A DNA stretch of 58,571 nt from a virus (taxonomy: Duplodnaviria > Caudoviricetes): the IMG/VR virus record IMGVR_UViG_3300036886_000519, positions 1 to 58,571 of that record; one strand, 5' to 3'. A program made the translations under genes and the position numbers. This document shows positions 29,295 through 37,828 of the stretch, piece by piece. Positions within the stretch are counted from its first letter, which is position 1. Each line of letters begins with the position of its first letter. The notes under the pieces were generated by a model. It was given only the letters and a program-made list of their open reading frames with translations. It did no database searches and was not told the DNA's origin.

Positions 29295-29566
29295 GCGTTG
29301 TTGGGGTGCGTGGATTTCTGGAACAGGCCCAGCGCATTGTGCAGATCGACGATCCTGGCGATCATCGGCACAACCACGCTCAGCAGTTTTTCCCAACTGA
29401 ATTGCTTTGCCAGGTCCGCACTTGCGTCGAAGCCGGACTTGACCACGTCGAGCACGAGTTCCAGTTTCTTGTTGCCCTGGCCAGGCAGCGGGATCGCTTG
29501 CTCGACCGCCTGGACGGCTGCCAGGACCAGGGGGAAGATTCGGAGAATGATGAGTAGAGTGTTCAT
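29291..29566 (-). CDS. Holin-like protein (LL-H-type pattern)
   Basis: Hydrophobic N-terminus, AVQAVEQ..GQGNKK..IVDLHN pattern. Confidence 0.5.
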   Translation of the reverse strand: MNTLLIILRIFPLVLAAVQAVEQAIPLPGQGNKKLELVLDVVKSGFDASADLAKQFSWEKLLSVVVPMIARIVDLHNALGLFQKSTHPNNA

Positions 29567-29590
29567 TCGTTTTGGCTCCAGTCAGAAGTG

Positions 29591-29612
29591 GGGCGGCCTG
29601 CAGTAGCCGCCC
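29591..29612 (-). terminator. Hairpin after 189-aa gene
   Basis: GGGCGGC-N8-GCCGCCC followed on minus strand by CACTTCT. Confidence 0.4.
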
Positions 29613-29622
29613 CGGTTCGAGG

Positions 29623-30192
29623 CTACGCAGTCGCCTTCGGCTGCGCCTGGTTCACGACGTTGCCGATCGCCGTGGTCGCGGTGGCCAGCGCCTGGACGAT
29701 CTGCTGCAGCGTGGCGAGCAACGGCGTAATGGTCGCGTCCACCTGCTTGGCGACGGCGGCGGCGACGGCCTGAGCATCCACGCTCACGCCGGCGGCGCTC
29801 ACATCGGTGGCGCGGTTGGCGGGCACGGCGCCCGCGGTGAGGTTGGCCCCGGAAGCACGCATCACCGGGTTGAGCTCGTCGGTCCACAGCGCATCGGCCG
29901 CGATGTCGGCGTGCCGGATGGCCTGCTTGCCGACCATGTTGGCGGTCTCGACCGCGTTCTGCAGAGCCTGAGACGCGATCTGATTCATCCGCGTCTGCTC
30001 GGTCAGAGCCTGGCGCGCGGCCTGGATGTCCAGGTCCTGGTAGGCGTCGTAGGTCCGCTTGATGTTGGCGTATGTCACCCGTTGGTTCTCGTTGTGGGCG
30101 GCGCCGCCGGTGGCGTTGGCGTTTTTGAAAGACTCGTCCGTCCCGGTCTCGAACTCGCGTTCGGCCTGGTTGGGCGTGGCTACTTCGGGCAT
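29623..30192 (-). CDS. Ala/Gln/Asn/Thr-rich helical hypothetical protein
   Basis: 189 aa, AAGGAG RBS, strongly biased codons. Confidence 0.75.
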   Translation of the reverse strand: MPEVATPNQAEREFETGTDESFKNANATGGAAHNENQRVTYANIKRTYDAYQDLDIQAARQALTEQTRMNQIASQALQNAVETANMVGKQAIRHADIAADALWTDELNPVMRASGANLTAGAVPANRATDVSAAGVSVDAQAVAAAVAKQVDATITPLLATLQQIVQALATATTAIGNVVNQAQPKATA

Positions 30193-30237
30193 GCTAGTTT
30201 TCTCCTTGTCGATTGAATGAAGTGCAACTGCTGTTTC

Positions 30238-31860
30238 TTAGGAAGCCTGACGGCTCCCGTAGAAGGGCGCCGGACCGTGATGCTGAATCCGGCGTGAATC
30301 ACGAAGCCGGGGATTGTCGACCTGCTCCTGCGGTACGCCGCGCGCAGCCGCGACCTCCGAAAGGGGCTGCCCAGTTTCCGCGAGAACGGCTCCCTCGCCG
30401 GCGAGGTTCGCCATGCGCCGCAGGATCACATCGCAGTAGGCCGGACTGATCTCGCACCCGTAGCCGACCCGGGCAAGCACGTGCGCGGCCGCCATGGTCG
30501 TTCCGCTCCCCATGAACGGATCGAAGACGATGTCGCCTGCGTCGGAAAATGCCTTGATGAAGAACTCGGGCAGCGCTCGAGGGAATGGCGCAGAGTGCGA
30601 TCCCTGAGTGCTCTCTGTTGTAGCCTCGATCACGTTGCTCGGCCGCGCAAGGCCCTCATGCCTGCCGTCCATCAGTTTGCGACGCATGTGGCCCCATCCC
30701 TCTGATCCTTGTGGAGGCGACGAGGCTGCTGTCCCACGCGGGCCCGTCCCCAGCAGCCCGCTCCCGGAGTTCGATTTCGGGTTGTCTGGCGAGTAGTCGA
30801 AGCAATCGTCTGAGGGGTGACTCACCGCATCCACACGGAACTTGATTTGCTGCTGGCGGCAGAAGTGGAAGATCGGCTCGAACGCGTTCTTGAAGCGGTT
30901 GCCCCAGCCGCCAGGCACACCGTTATCGGTTTTGCGCCAGCAGAATTCGTCAACAAATCGCCAGCCCCACTGCCGCCGGTGGGCTAACACCAGGTCCATC
31001 ACGTATAGATTCCGCTCGCCTTCATCGGCGTGCGCCTTGATGTTCAGGAAGTAGGATCCGTCCGGTGTCAGCACCGACTCGACGCCGGCCGCCACAGCAC
31101 GGAACCACTCCACGTACTCCTCGGGCGGCACCGGCTTGAACCCGCTCGACGGGTCGTACTCGCGCTGCGTGGCGTAGGGCGGGGACGTGATCGCCACGTT
31201 CGCGCTGGCGCCGGCCATCAACTTCTCGACGGCGGCCTGGTCCCGGCAGTCGCCACAGATCAGACGGTGCGGCCCGATCAACCACACGTCCCCAGGCATC
31301 GTAACCGGCTGCGCGGGAGGTTCCGGAGCCGGTTCCTCCTCGGCGCCGGCGGCTGCCTCTGGTTCCTCGCCGGCCAGCAGCACGCGCAACTCCTCGTCGG
31401 AAAACCCCACCACCGCCAGATCGAACCCATCCATCTCGAGCGACTGCATCTCCTCACGGAGCGTCGCCTCGTCCCACCCCGCGTTCAGCGCCAGCTTGTT
31501 GTCGGCGATTACAAGGGCCCGTTTCTGCGCCGGCGTCAGGTGCGCCAGCACGATGACGGGGACCTCGTCCATCACCAGCTTGCGGGCGGCCAGAAGCCGC
31601 GCGTGGCCGGCGATGATGACGCCTTCGCCGTCCACCAGGATCGGATTCACGAAGCCAAACTCGACGATGGACGCCGCGATCTGCGCTACCTGCTCCGGAG
31701 AGTGAGTCCGCGAGTTCCGGGCGTACGCCAGGAGTCGGCCGGCGGGCCAGATCTCGATGCGCCGCGCCATGGCGGGCGTAATGGCTGCAGGAAGTGTTGC
31801 CATCTGTTGAGGGGCCCTTCGGCCAACCGTGTCGAACACCGGCGCGGCCAGGGTGACCAC
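30238..31860 (-). CDS. ParB-like N-terminal domain + N4/N6 DNA methyltransferase
   Basis: NSRTHS..IIAGHARLLAA; SPPY; HSAPFP; DPFMGSGTT; start may be 31803. Confidence 0.92.
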   Translation of the reverse strand: MVTLAAPVFDTVGRRAPQQMATLPAAITPAMARRIEIWPAGRLLAYARNSRTHSPEQVAQIAASIVEFGFVNPILVDGEGVIIAGHARLLAARKLVMDEVPVIVLAHLTPAQKRALVIADNKLALNAGWDEATLREEMQSLEMDGFDLAVVGFSDEELRVLLAGEEPEAAAGAEEEPAPEPPAQPVTMPGDVWLIGPHRLICGDCRDQAAVEKLMAGASANVAITSPPYATQREYDPSSGFKPVPPEEYVEWFRAVAAGVESVLTPDGSYFLNIKAHADEGERNLYVMDLVLAHRRQWGWRFVDEFCWRKTDNGVPGGWGNRFKNAFEPIFHFCRQQQIKFRVDAVSHPSDDCFDYSPDNPKSNSGSGLLGTGPRGTAASSPPQGSEGWGHMRRKLMDGRHEGLARPSNVIEATTESTQGSHSAPFPRALPEFFIKAFSDAGDIVFDPFMGSGTTMAAAHVLARVGYGCEISPAYCDVILRRMANLAGEGAVLAETGQPLSEVAAARGVPQEQVDNPRLRDSRRIQHHGPAPFYGSRQAS

Positions 31861-31946
31861 CCGCCCTGACCACCCAGTTAAGTGACTCTAACTAGAGACT
31901 TTGTGCCACCTGGCCACCCGCGGCAAATAGTGGCCAGGGAGGACCC
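31854..31946 (-). other. Putative cos packaging site (cosQ-cosN-cosB-like)
   Basis: GGGTCCT (identical to lambda cosQ) at 31946-31940; 22-bp imperfect dyad at 31904-31925; TGACCACCC repeats at 31854 and 31867. Confidence 0.6.
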
Positions 31947-32085
31947 AAGATTCGATCCGGCAGTGCCCGTTTGGCGTCGGACGCCACCCGTTGGCGCCCG
32001 GGTGGCCCGTGTTGCGACGTCTGGCTCCGGGTTGGCTGGATGGCCACCCGCCGCCTCGGGCGCGCCTGGCCGCCACTGACCGCCA

Positions 32086-32358
32086 TCACCGCACCTCGAC
32101 GTGCCACTTGCGAATGCGTGCTGCGATGGTGAACGCCGTCTGCTGCGCTGCGGTTGCACCCACGCTGCGGCAGCGCTCCGCTTCGTCCTCCGCGATCTCG
32201 AGGCAGACAGCCTTCGTTGAAGTCACGGCCTGCTCGCGTGCCTCGGTCAAGGCGACCCGCAGTGTTTCGGTGACTCCCTCCGCGTTCTCCTTGGCGGCGA
32301 TGTTCAGTGCGCGGCACACCCGCTCAGCAAGCTTCTCTGGGGTAATCACGCTTGGCAT
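32086..32358 (-). CDS. Hypothetical protein
   Basis: 90 aa helical ORF with GGAG RBS. Confidence 0.55.
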   Translation of the reverse strand: MPSVITPEKLAERVCRALNIAAKENAEGVTETLRVALTEAREQAVTSTKAVCLEIAEDEAERCRSVGATAAQQTAFTIAARIRKWHVEVR

Positions 32359-32537
32359 GGTCTCGCTCCGTTCACCGCTTGCTCGGCGGCGGGTCGCTGG
32401 TCCCGCCGGCCAGCCCATCTGGCCTCCGCCGCCAACTGCCGCAACTCGCGGCGGAAGGGCCAGCCGTTCCACGACGCCACCAGCCCGCGCTCGATTGCGA
32501 CATGCCTGCCGCCCTTGCCGTTCTTACGTACCCTCAT
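32346..32537 (-). CDS. Small basic hypothetical protein
   Basis: ATGA-coupled to upstream gene. Confidence 0.4.
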   Translation of the reverse strand: MRVRKNGKGGRHVAIERGLVASWNGWPFRRELRQLAAEARWAGRRDQRPAAEQAVNGARPCQA

Positions 32538-32857
32538 GGGTTCACCATGCATCCGGTTACGACCTGCAGAAAGACGGAACGGAGATCGTCGCCGTGTCCC
32601 AGTTGCTTCAGAGACCAGGCGATATGCCCGCCTTCCAGGTGCTCGCGAAAGCTGTATCGGGTGCCACCATAATCTGTGAGGTTAGCGCCGCGCCCCTCAG
32701 CCTCTCGGCGAAACATTACCGCCCGGTTCACATGCCCTTTAGGGTGGCGGACGACGTGGGCAATCAACCCGAGTGCCTGCAAGCGTTTCAGACGCTGCTC
32801 CGATATCTTGTCCTGGAGTTCGCCGTCAGCGTTGTACAGCGGGATCAGTCTCGGCAT
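32534..32857 (-). CDS. Hypothetical protein (first gene of late operon)
   Basis: 107 aa ORF downstream of a sigma70-like promoter. Confidence 0.6.
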   Translation of the reverse strand: MPRLIPLYNADGELQDKISEQRLKRLQALGLIAHVVRHPKGHVNRAVMFRREAEGRGANLTDYGGTRYSFREHLEGGHIAWSLKQLGHGDDLRSVFLQVVTGCMVNP

Positions 32858-32971
32858 AGTGATACACGCGTCCCAGAAGGGATGCGAGAAGGAGTTTCAT
32901 GAGAGTCTCGGCTCTCGCAGATTGTTAGGGAGGAGTTCTTCGGAGGGTGCGCTTTGCGCTTGCCTGTCGAA

Positions 32972-33017
32972 CCGCGCCTTCACCGTAAATATACGCAAGG
33001 CGCGGGAAAAGTGTAAA
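32972..33017 (-). promoter_or_regulatory. Putative late promoter with inverted repeat over the -10
   Basis: TTTACA-N18-TATATT on minus strand; CCGCGCCTT/AAGGCGCGG (32972-32980, 32997-33005). Confidence 0.5.
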
Positions 33018-33043
33018 CCGATGTGCGGGACAATCGAGGGGGT

Positions 33044-33550
33044 ATGGATGAGCCGTTTCGTTTGTTTCGATGGAAGCCCACGCAGGGGAACATTTCTGGA
33101 CGACTCTACACTTGTGCTCGGCCAGGACGCTCGCATGGCAGGCAAGTCAAACAGATTCCAGATGACTGGGTCGATGCCTGGGTACTCGGCATGCCCGCGA
33201 GGGAGCAGTTGTTCATTGTCTCTCTCCTCGGATCGAAGGAGGACGGCAAGAGCGAGTTCAGCTATTACTCCTTTCGAAGCGGCTTCGAAACTCCCGCCCC
33301 GGACCACCGCCCCACCTTGCAGCAATGGCTGGACACGAGGTACGGGTCTGGCCGCTATCAGGTGCTTGAGTTTCCTACCGTCGACCTGAAGCCACTCGCC
33401 CCCGAGACCCTGAGCAACGTGGGTTCCACGATCCGCGCGCTTCTTCTGGACGGCCGGACTGTCGTCTTGGTGGACTCGGGCGGCATCGGGAGAACGGGTA
33501 GAGTCTGTCACTCCCTGGGATTCGTGCAGGTCAGCGATGCACTCGTTTGA
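33044..33550 (+). CDS. PTP/dual-specificity-phosphatase-fold protein lacking the catalytic Cys
   Basis: LYTCARPG, IVSLL, FPTVD, VVLVDSGGIGRTG in place of HCxxGxGRTG; GAGGGG RBS. Confidence 0.7.
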   Translation: MDEPFRLFRWKPTQGNISGRLYTCARPGRSHGRQVKQIPDDWVDAWVLGMPAREQLFIVSLLGSKEDGKSEFSYYSFRSGFETPAPDHRPTLQQWLDTRYGSGRYQVLEFPTVDLKPLAPETLSNVGSTIRALLLDGRTVVLVDSGGIGRTGRVCHSLGFVQVSDALV

Positions 33551-34241
33551 TCCACGGCTGATCAACATCCGGGTTATAGAATCGCGAGCGCGTCTCCATT
33601 GGCGGTGGCCCGATAAGCTCGATGGACTGGCAGGTAACCTCGCCAATCCGGTGCTCGGCGCCGATGTAGTACGCCGCGCCATAGCGGGCGGCGAAGGGCC
33701 GTCGCTCATAACCCTCGCAGAAGTACAGGCTCTCCATGGTCCATCCCAGCGCCAGCGCCTGGTCTCGAATCTCATCTACCAGTTGCTTCGCGCGGGCGAT
33801 GCGTTCGGCTTCGGGGCTGGGCTTCGGGGGGATTGGCTCCGCTCGCTTCGTGCGATCGGACTCCTCAGGCAGCGGCGGCTTGTAGTCGCACGCACGAAAT
33901 GTCCGCACCGCGGCGAGCAGTTGGGCCTCGCTGAAATGCTCGACCGCCCAAGCGTGCACGGCGTTGAAGCGCACGCGCAAATCTTCAAACGCGGCTGCAT
34001 CGAGATGCCCGGTGGTCGCGGCCCTCTTAGCAGCGACCATGCGTGACCGCAGCCAGATGTAATACTCGGGATCGAGCCGCCGGTATACCGTGTCGTTGAT
34101 CTGGAAGTCGCGGGCGAACTGCTCCGGGTTCGCGGTCGTCCACGTCGCGAGGGAAGTAGACACGAACAGGCAATCCCGCGAGTTGTCTTCGGGTGCCTCC
34201 GGCATCAATTTGGCGCACTGCTCCTGTAACTCCATGCTCAT
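33531..34241 (-). CDS. Hypothetical protein
   Basis: 236 aa ORF with GGAG RBS following the primase. Confidence 0.7.
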   Translation of the reverse strand: MSMELQEQCAKLMPEAPEDNSRDCLFVSTSLATWTTANPEQFARDFQINDTVYRRLDPEYYIWLRSRMVAAKRAATTGHLDAAAFEDLRVRFNAVHAWAVEHFSEAQLLAAVRTFRACDYKPPLPEESDRTKRAEPIPPKPSPEAERIARAKQLVDEIRDQALALGWTMESLYFCEGYERRPFAARYGAAYYIGAEHRIGEVTCQSIELIGPPPMETRSRFYNPDVDQPWIKRVHR

Positions 34242-34291
34242 GATTGCTCTCCTGGCTGGGTGTGAATGCCCGGTTTCTCAACTGCGCGTCA

Positions 34292-37200
34292 TCATGGCGG
34301 CTCTTCGCCGATGGTCACCGGCGCGATGGCTGGTCTGGTCGGTTCAATCTCGCCACGGTGTTCGACGTGGGGACGTTGTGGAAACGTGGTGGGGACGTTT
34401 GCGGCCAACGTCCCCACCATTAATGTCCCTTGTTTTGTGTCAGTTGCAGACGCGGTGGGGACGGTGGGGACATTGGTGGCACTTTCAGGCCACCTACTAA
34501 TATTGTTTTCGCTCTCTCCCTCTATATCTTCTATACACACGCGATTTTCTTGCGCGCGAGAATTCCGGGGTACGTCCCCCATGTCCCCAACGTCCCCACC
34601 GCCTCCGTAATCGATTGATTCTATGGGGCCAAACTGGTGGGGACGTGGGTCGGCAAACGTCCCCACCATGTCCCCACCAATGTCCCCACCAAACAAGTCC
34701 AGGAGGTTCGTACTGCGGGAACCAGTTCCGCCGGGGCTATCGCCGCCGTCAGCTAACGCGAGGGCATAAAGCACGCCGGTCTTGTGATTGTTATGGCTGC
34801 TTTGCTTTACCGTGAGCCCGTTGAATACTCGATCACGCTTCGCGGCAAGCGCCTTGCCCAAACGGGTCTGCTGCGAGCGCGCCGAACCGTCTCCACGCAC
34901 GCTGAGCATCAGGTCGCGCTCTTCGCAAAACTGATTCAGTTCGCCAACTTTCTTCGGTTCCTCGCGATATGCCTCCCACCAGGTTCCGGTGAACTCGCGC
35001 CACATCTGACCATCGGTATCCGCCGCTTCGTAGAGTTCGTTCAGATTGCAGAGGAAGCCGGGGATTCCCGCAACCTCTAACACGCCGCCCATGATTCCGG
35101 ACCAGCTTTCGAACGACCCCAGGCGCGTCGCGTGTAAGGGTTTCCCGGCAGAGATCCAGGCTTGAACCACGGTGAGTGCTGCATGGACGAGCGCCGAACG
35201 ATTCTCTCGGGCCCATTCGGTGATCAGTGGATGTTTGAATCCTGCTCTCAGCCACGGCATGTCGATCCTCGGATCAATGCGGAGCCGGATGCAGCGCCGG
35301 CTCATCTCGCCGGATAGCCGCGGGTTATTGCCGGTCATCAGCCAAAGGGCATTGTTCCGGAGGTGCAACATCGTGGATTCGCCCAGGAGCCGGTCCGTCC
35401 ACCACGGCAAGGTCACAACGGATGCCAGCGCGGCTGAATCCAGTTTCCGTTTCTCACTGAGGTTGTCGAGGAGGATGATGGGCCGGCCTGTAATCAGTTC
35501 AGCCGTGATCATCTTCCGAACCTCGTCTTCACTTTCCGGTACAGTCCGTCCTTCGGACGCAGAACCAGTCGAAACGATGCTGATCAAGCTGGCCAGCAAC
35601 CCTTTGCCGGAGCCCTGCGTCGGGGCCTCGATCAGGTGTATCGGAGCTAGGTCGCCAATGATGCGCTGCAGAAAGGGGAGGAGTATTGCGGCGACGGCAT
35701 GAGCGCGATCCGAATCGCTTACAAACGGGAAGTCCCCGAGCAGTTCATCCACTATGAGCCCTCTAGCGTGCGCGATTTGCTCCCGTGAGGGAATGATTGG
35801 AACTTCCGGGATTTCCAACGACTCGTCGGAGAACATCCAGAGCGCGTCGGCGCGATGGTAGCCGGCGGCGATGATCAGCGCGGCGTCTTTTCCGAATGTC
35901 GGGGTTCGAACTACCGATTCCAGCGGCGGGAGCGCCGGATCCGGGTTCACCATCATGTCTCGGGCCGTATCCCTCGATGGCGGCGCAGCGAGCACCGCTT
36001 CCTCGGTCACTCTGAGCCAGTTGGCGCTTCGGGCCAGTATGCCGTACATAGCCGTGTCGCCGAGCGCTTCGATCCGCCCCTGGGTGCCCGTGCCGGCAAT
36101 GCGCACAAGAGCGCCGCCTTTCTGGAAGAGGAACGGCTTATTGGTGATGTCTGGCCCTACTGGCTCGTTAATCGCGTGAATTGCAGTCCAGGCGTCGGCG
36201 ATCACGTCACGCAATTGCCGATTGTTGACCTGGATGCCTCGCAGCGGCTGTGGTTCCGGATCTGCGACCGGCGCGGTCGCGGCGTTCCCCCTCGGACTGC
36301 CGCCGCCGACAACACCAGTTTGGGTCGCGCGCCGAGGGCGAGCGATTTCCACGACCTTCAACTGCTTCCGAAGCGTGGTGACCGGCAGCCGAAGCTTCCC
36401 ACACCGCGACTGAATTAGCCTGAGGTACCGATCCTGTTCAATGGGGGCGAGCCGACCGACCTCCGATAGGATCGGCTCGAGTATCCGGCTGAGATCAGCA
36501 TCCGGAACGTCGGTACTGAGCTTTGAGATGGCCAGTTCCAGCGGGGTCTGGGCTGCGTCGAGGATACCTTCGAAATCGGCCGCCGTCTTCCCCGAGGCGA
36601 AGAACTCGTTAACGTCAATCTTGGCGTCGGCCAGTAGCGCTTCGGCTTCGGCGCTTCCGCCTGGCAATGCACCCAGCTTCTCCCGAGCCGTACGCTGCTT
36701 CTCGGCGAGAGGCAAAACCGCCACGCGTGTCGCAATCCCGTGAGCGGAGAGAATCCGCGCGGTCTTCAACGCGCCCTGCATCCCCGCCTCGGATATCTCG
36801 TTGTCCTGGCAGATGTAGACCGTTTTCACGCCGGCGAGTTTTGGCAGCAACCGTTCCCAGTCGGCCTCGCGGATCTGCACCGTTACAGGCGACACCACCG
36901 GGAATCCGTGCTCCATCAGGGAAATGCAATCCGTGACCCCTTCAGTGATGATGACCCGCTCGGGCCGCGCAAGCAGCACATCCTCGTTGTAGAGGACGTC
37001 ATTCCGGATGTACGGCGAGACGTGGCTGTTGTTGCGGTCGTTGCGAATCGCCAGTTTCTTGTACTTCGACTTCTCCCATTCCTGATCCGGCGTCCAGGGC
37101 GTGCGCCGTCCGATCATGAAGACGACGTGCCCGCGACTCCAATATGGGAAGACGATCCGGCCATCGAAAAAGGGGAGCAGTCCGTCCTGCGCCGTGGGCT

Positions 37201-37828
37201 TGAAGACGGAGGTGGCCGTCAGCTCACGCATGGTGAAGGCGCCAGGCCCGTCCATCAACGTGCGCGCCACGCTGGGCTCGCCATTTTCCGCGTACCCGAT
37301 CTGCAACCGGCCGATCGTCTCCTCGCTGATTCCGTATTTCCCCCGAAACCAGGCGAGGACCTCCGGGTTCCCGACGAGCCGCTGGTGATACACACCCGCA
37401 GACGCGGTCAGCACCTCACGCACGCGAAGCCTGATCTGGTGAGCTTCCTCGGCCTGTTCCGGACTGCCGGAAGCGAGCGTCGACAAAGGCGGCAGTCGAA
37501 CGCGTGCCGCCAGGAAGTCGCGAGCCTGCCGGTGGGAGTCCGGCATTGAGCCAGACTGCCCGCGGGTGACCACGCCGAACCGGACGAACTCAACCAACTG
37601 CAGCACATCGCCGCCGGTACCACAGGCGTGGCAAAACCAGCCCTGCTTGTCGAGCCAGACATGAAGCGAGCGGTGCGACTGGCTCCGGTGGTTCGGGCAA
37701 TCGCAGTACAGGGTCTGTCGCGATTCCTGCGTAATGCGGCCGCCGAGGAGTTCGCGGCCTATCTCGCCAATGTCCACATCGGTGACCTGCCGGTAGTAAT
37801 CGTGGATATCTACCGGAAGCGCAGTCAC
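34292..37828 (-). CDS. DnaG-type primase fused to C-terminal P-loop helicase-like domain
   Basis: CPNH..CHAC zinc finger, GRIVFP, ITEGVTD and QDNE TOPRIM, KIDVNEF; Walker A APTQGSGKG and ILLDN. Confidence 0.88.
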   Translation of the reverse strand: MTALPVDIHDYYRQVTDVDIGEIGRELLGGRITQESRQTLYCDCPNHRSQSHRSLHVWLDKQGWFCHACGTGGDVLQLVEFVRFGVVTRGQSGSMPDSHRQARDFLAARVRLPPLSTLASGSPEQAEEAHQIRLRVREVLTASAGVYHQRLVGNPEVLAWFRGKYGISEETIGRLQIGYAENGEPSVARTLMDGPGAFTMRELTATSVFKPTAQDGLLPFFDGRIVFPYWSRGHVVFMIGRRTPWTPDQEWEKSKYKKLAIRNDRNNSHVSPYIRNDVLYNEDVLLARPERVIITEGVTDCISLMEHGFPVVSPVTVQIREADWERLLPKLAGVKTVYICQDNEISEAGMQGALKTARILSAHGIATRVAVLPLAEKQRTAREKLGALPGGSAEAEALLADAKIDVNEFFASGKTAADFEGILDAAQTPLELAISKLSTDVPDADLSRILEPILSEVGRLAPIEQDRYLRLIQSRCGKLRLPVTTLRKQLKVVEIARPRRATQTGVVGGGSPRGNAATAPVADPEPQPLRGIQVNNRQLRDVIADAWTAIHAINEPVGPDITNKPFLFQKGGALVRIAGTGTQGRIEALGDTAMYGILARSANWLRVTEEAVLAAPPSRDTARDMMVNPDPALPPLESVVRTPTFGKDAALIIAAGYHRADALWMFSDESLEIPEVPIIPSREQIAHARGLIVDELLGDFPFVSDSDRAHAVAAILLPFLQRIIGDLAPIHLIEAPTQGSGKGLLASLISIVSTGSASEGRTVPESEDEVRKMITAELITGRPIILLDNLSEKRKLDSAALASVVTLPWWTDRLLGESTMLHLRNNALWLMTGNNPRLSGEMSRRCIRLRIDPRIDMPWLRAGFKHPLITEWARENRSALVHAALTVVQAWISAGKPLHATRLGSFESWSGIMGGVLEVAGIPGFLCNLNELYEAADTDGQMWREFTGTWWEAYREEPKKVGELNQFCEERDLMLSVRGDGSARSQQTRLGKALAAKRDRVFNGLTVKQSSHNNHKTGVLYALALADGGDSPGGTGSRSTNLLDLFGGDIGGDMVGTFADPRPHQFGPIESIDYGGGGDVGDMGDVPRNSRAQENRVCIEDIEGESENNISRWPESATNVPTVPTASATDTKQGTLMVGTLAANVPTTFPQRPHVEHRGEIEPTRPAIAPVTIGEEPP
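34367..34692. repeat. Iteron-like GTCCCCACC array, putative replication origin
   Basis: About 12 copies of GTCCCC(A)/GGGGAC in both orientations flanking an AT-rich core at ~34495-34550. Confidence 0.75.

Noticed and set aside
34367-34692. Possible CRISPR array
   Set aside because: Repeats are 9-13 bp, in both orientations, irregularly spaced; no cas operon
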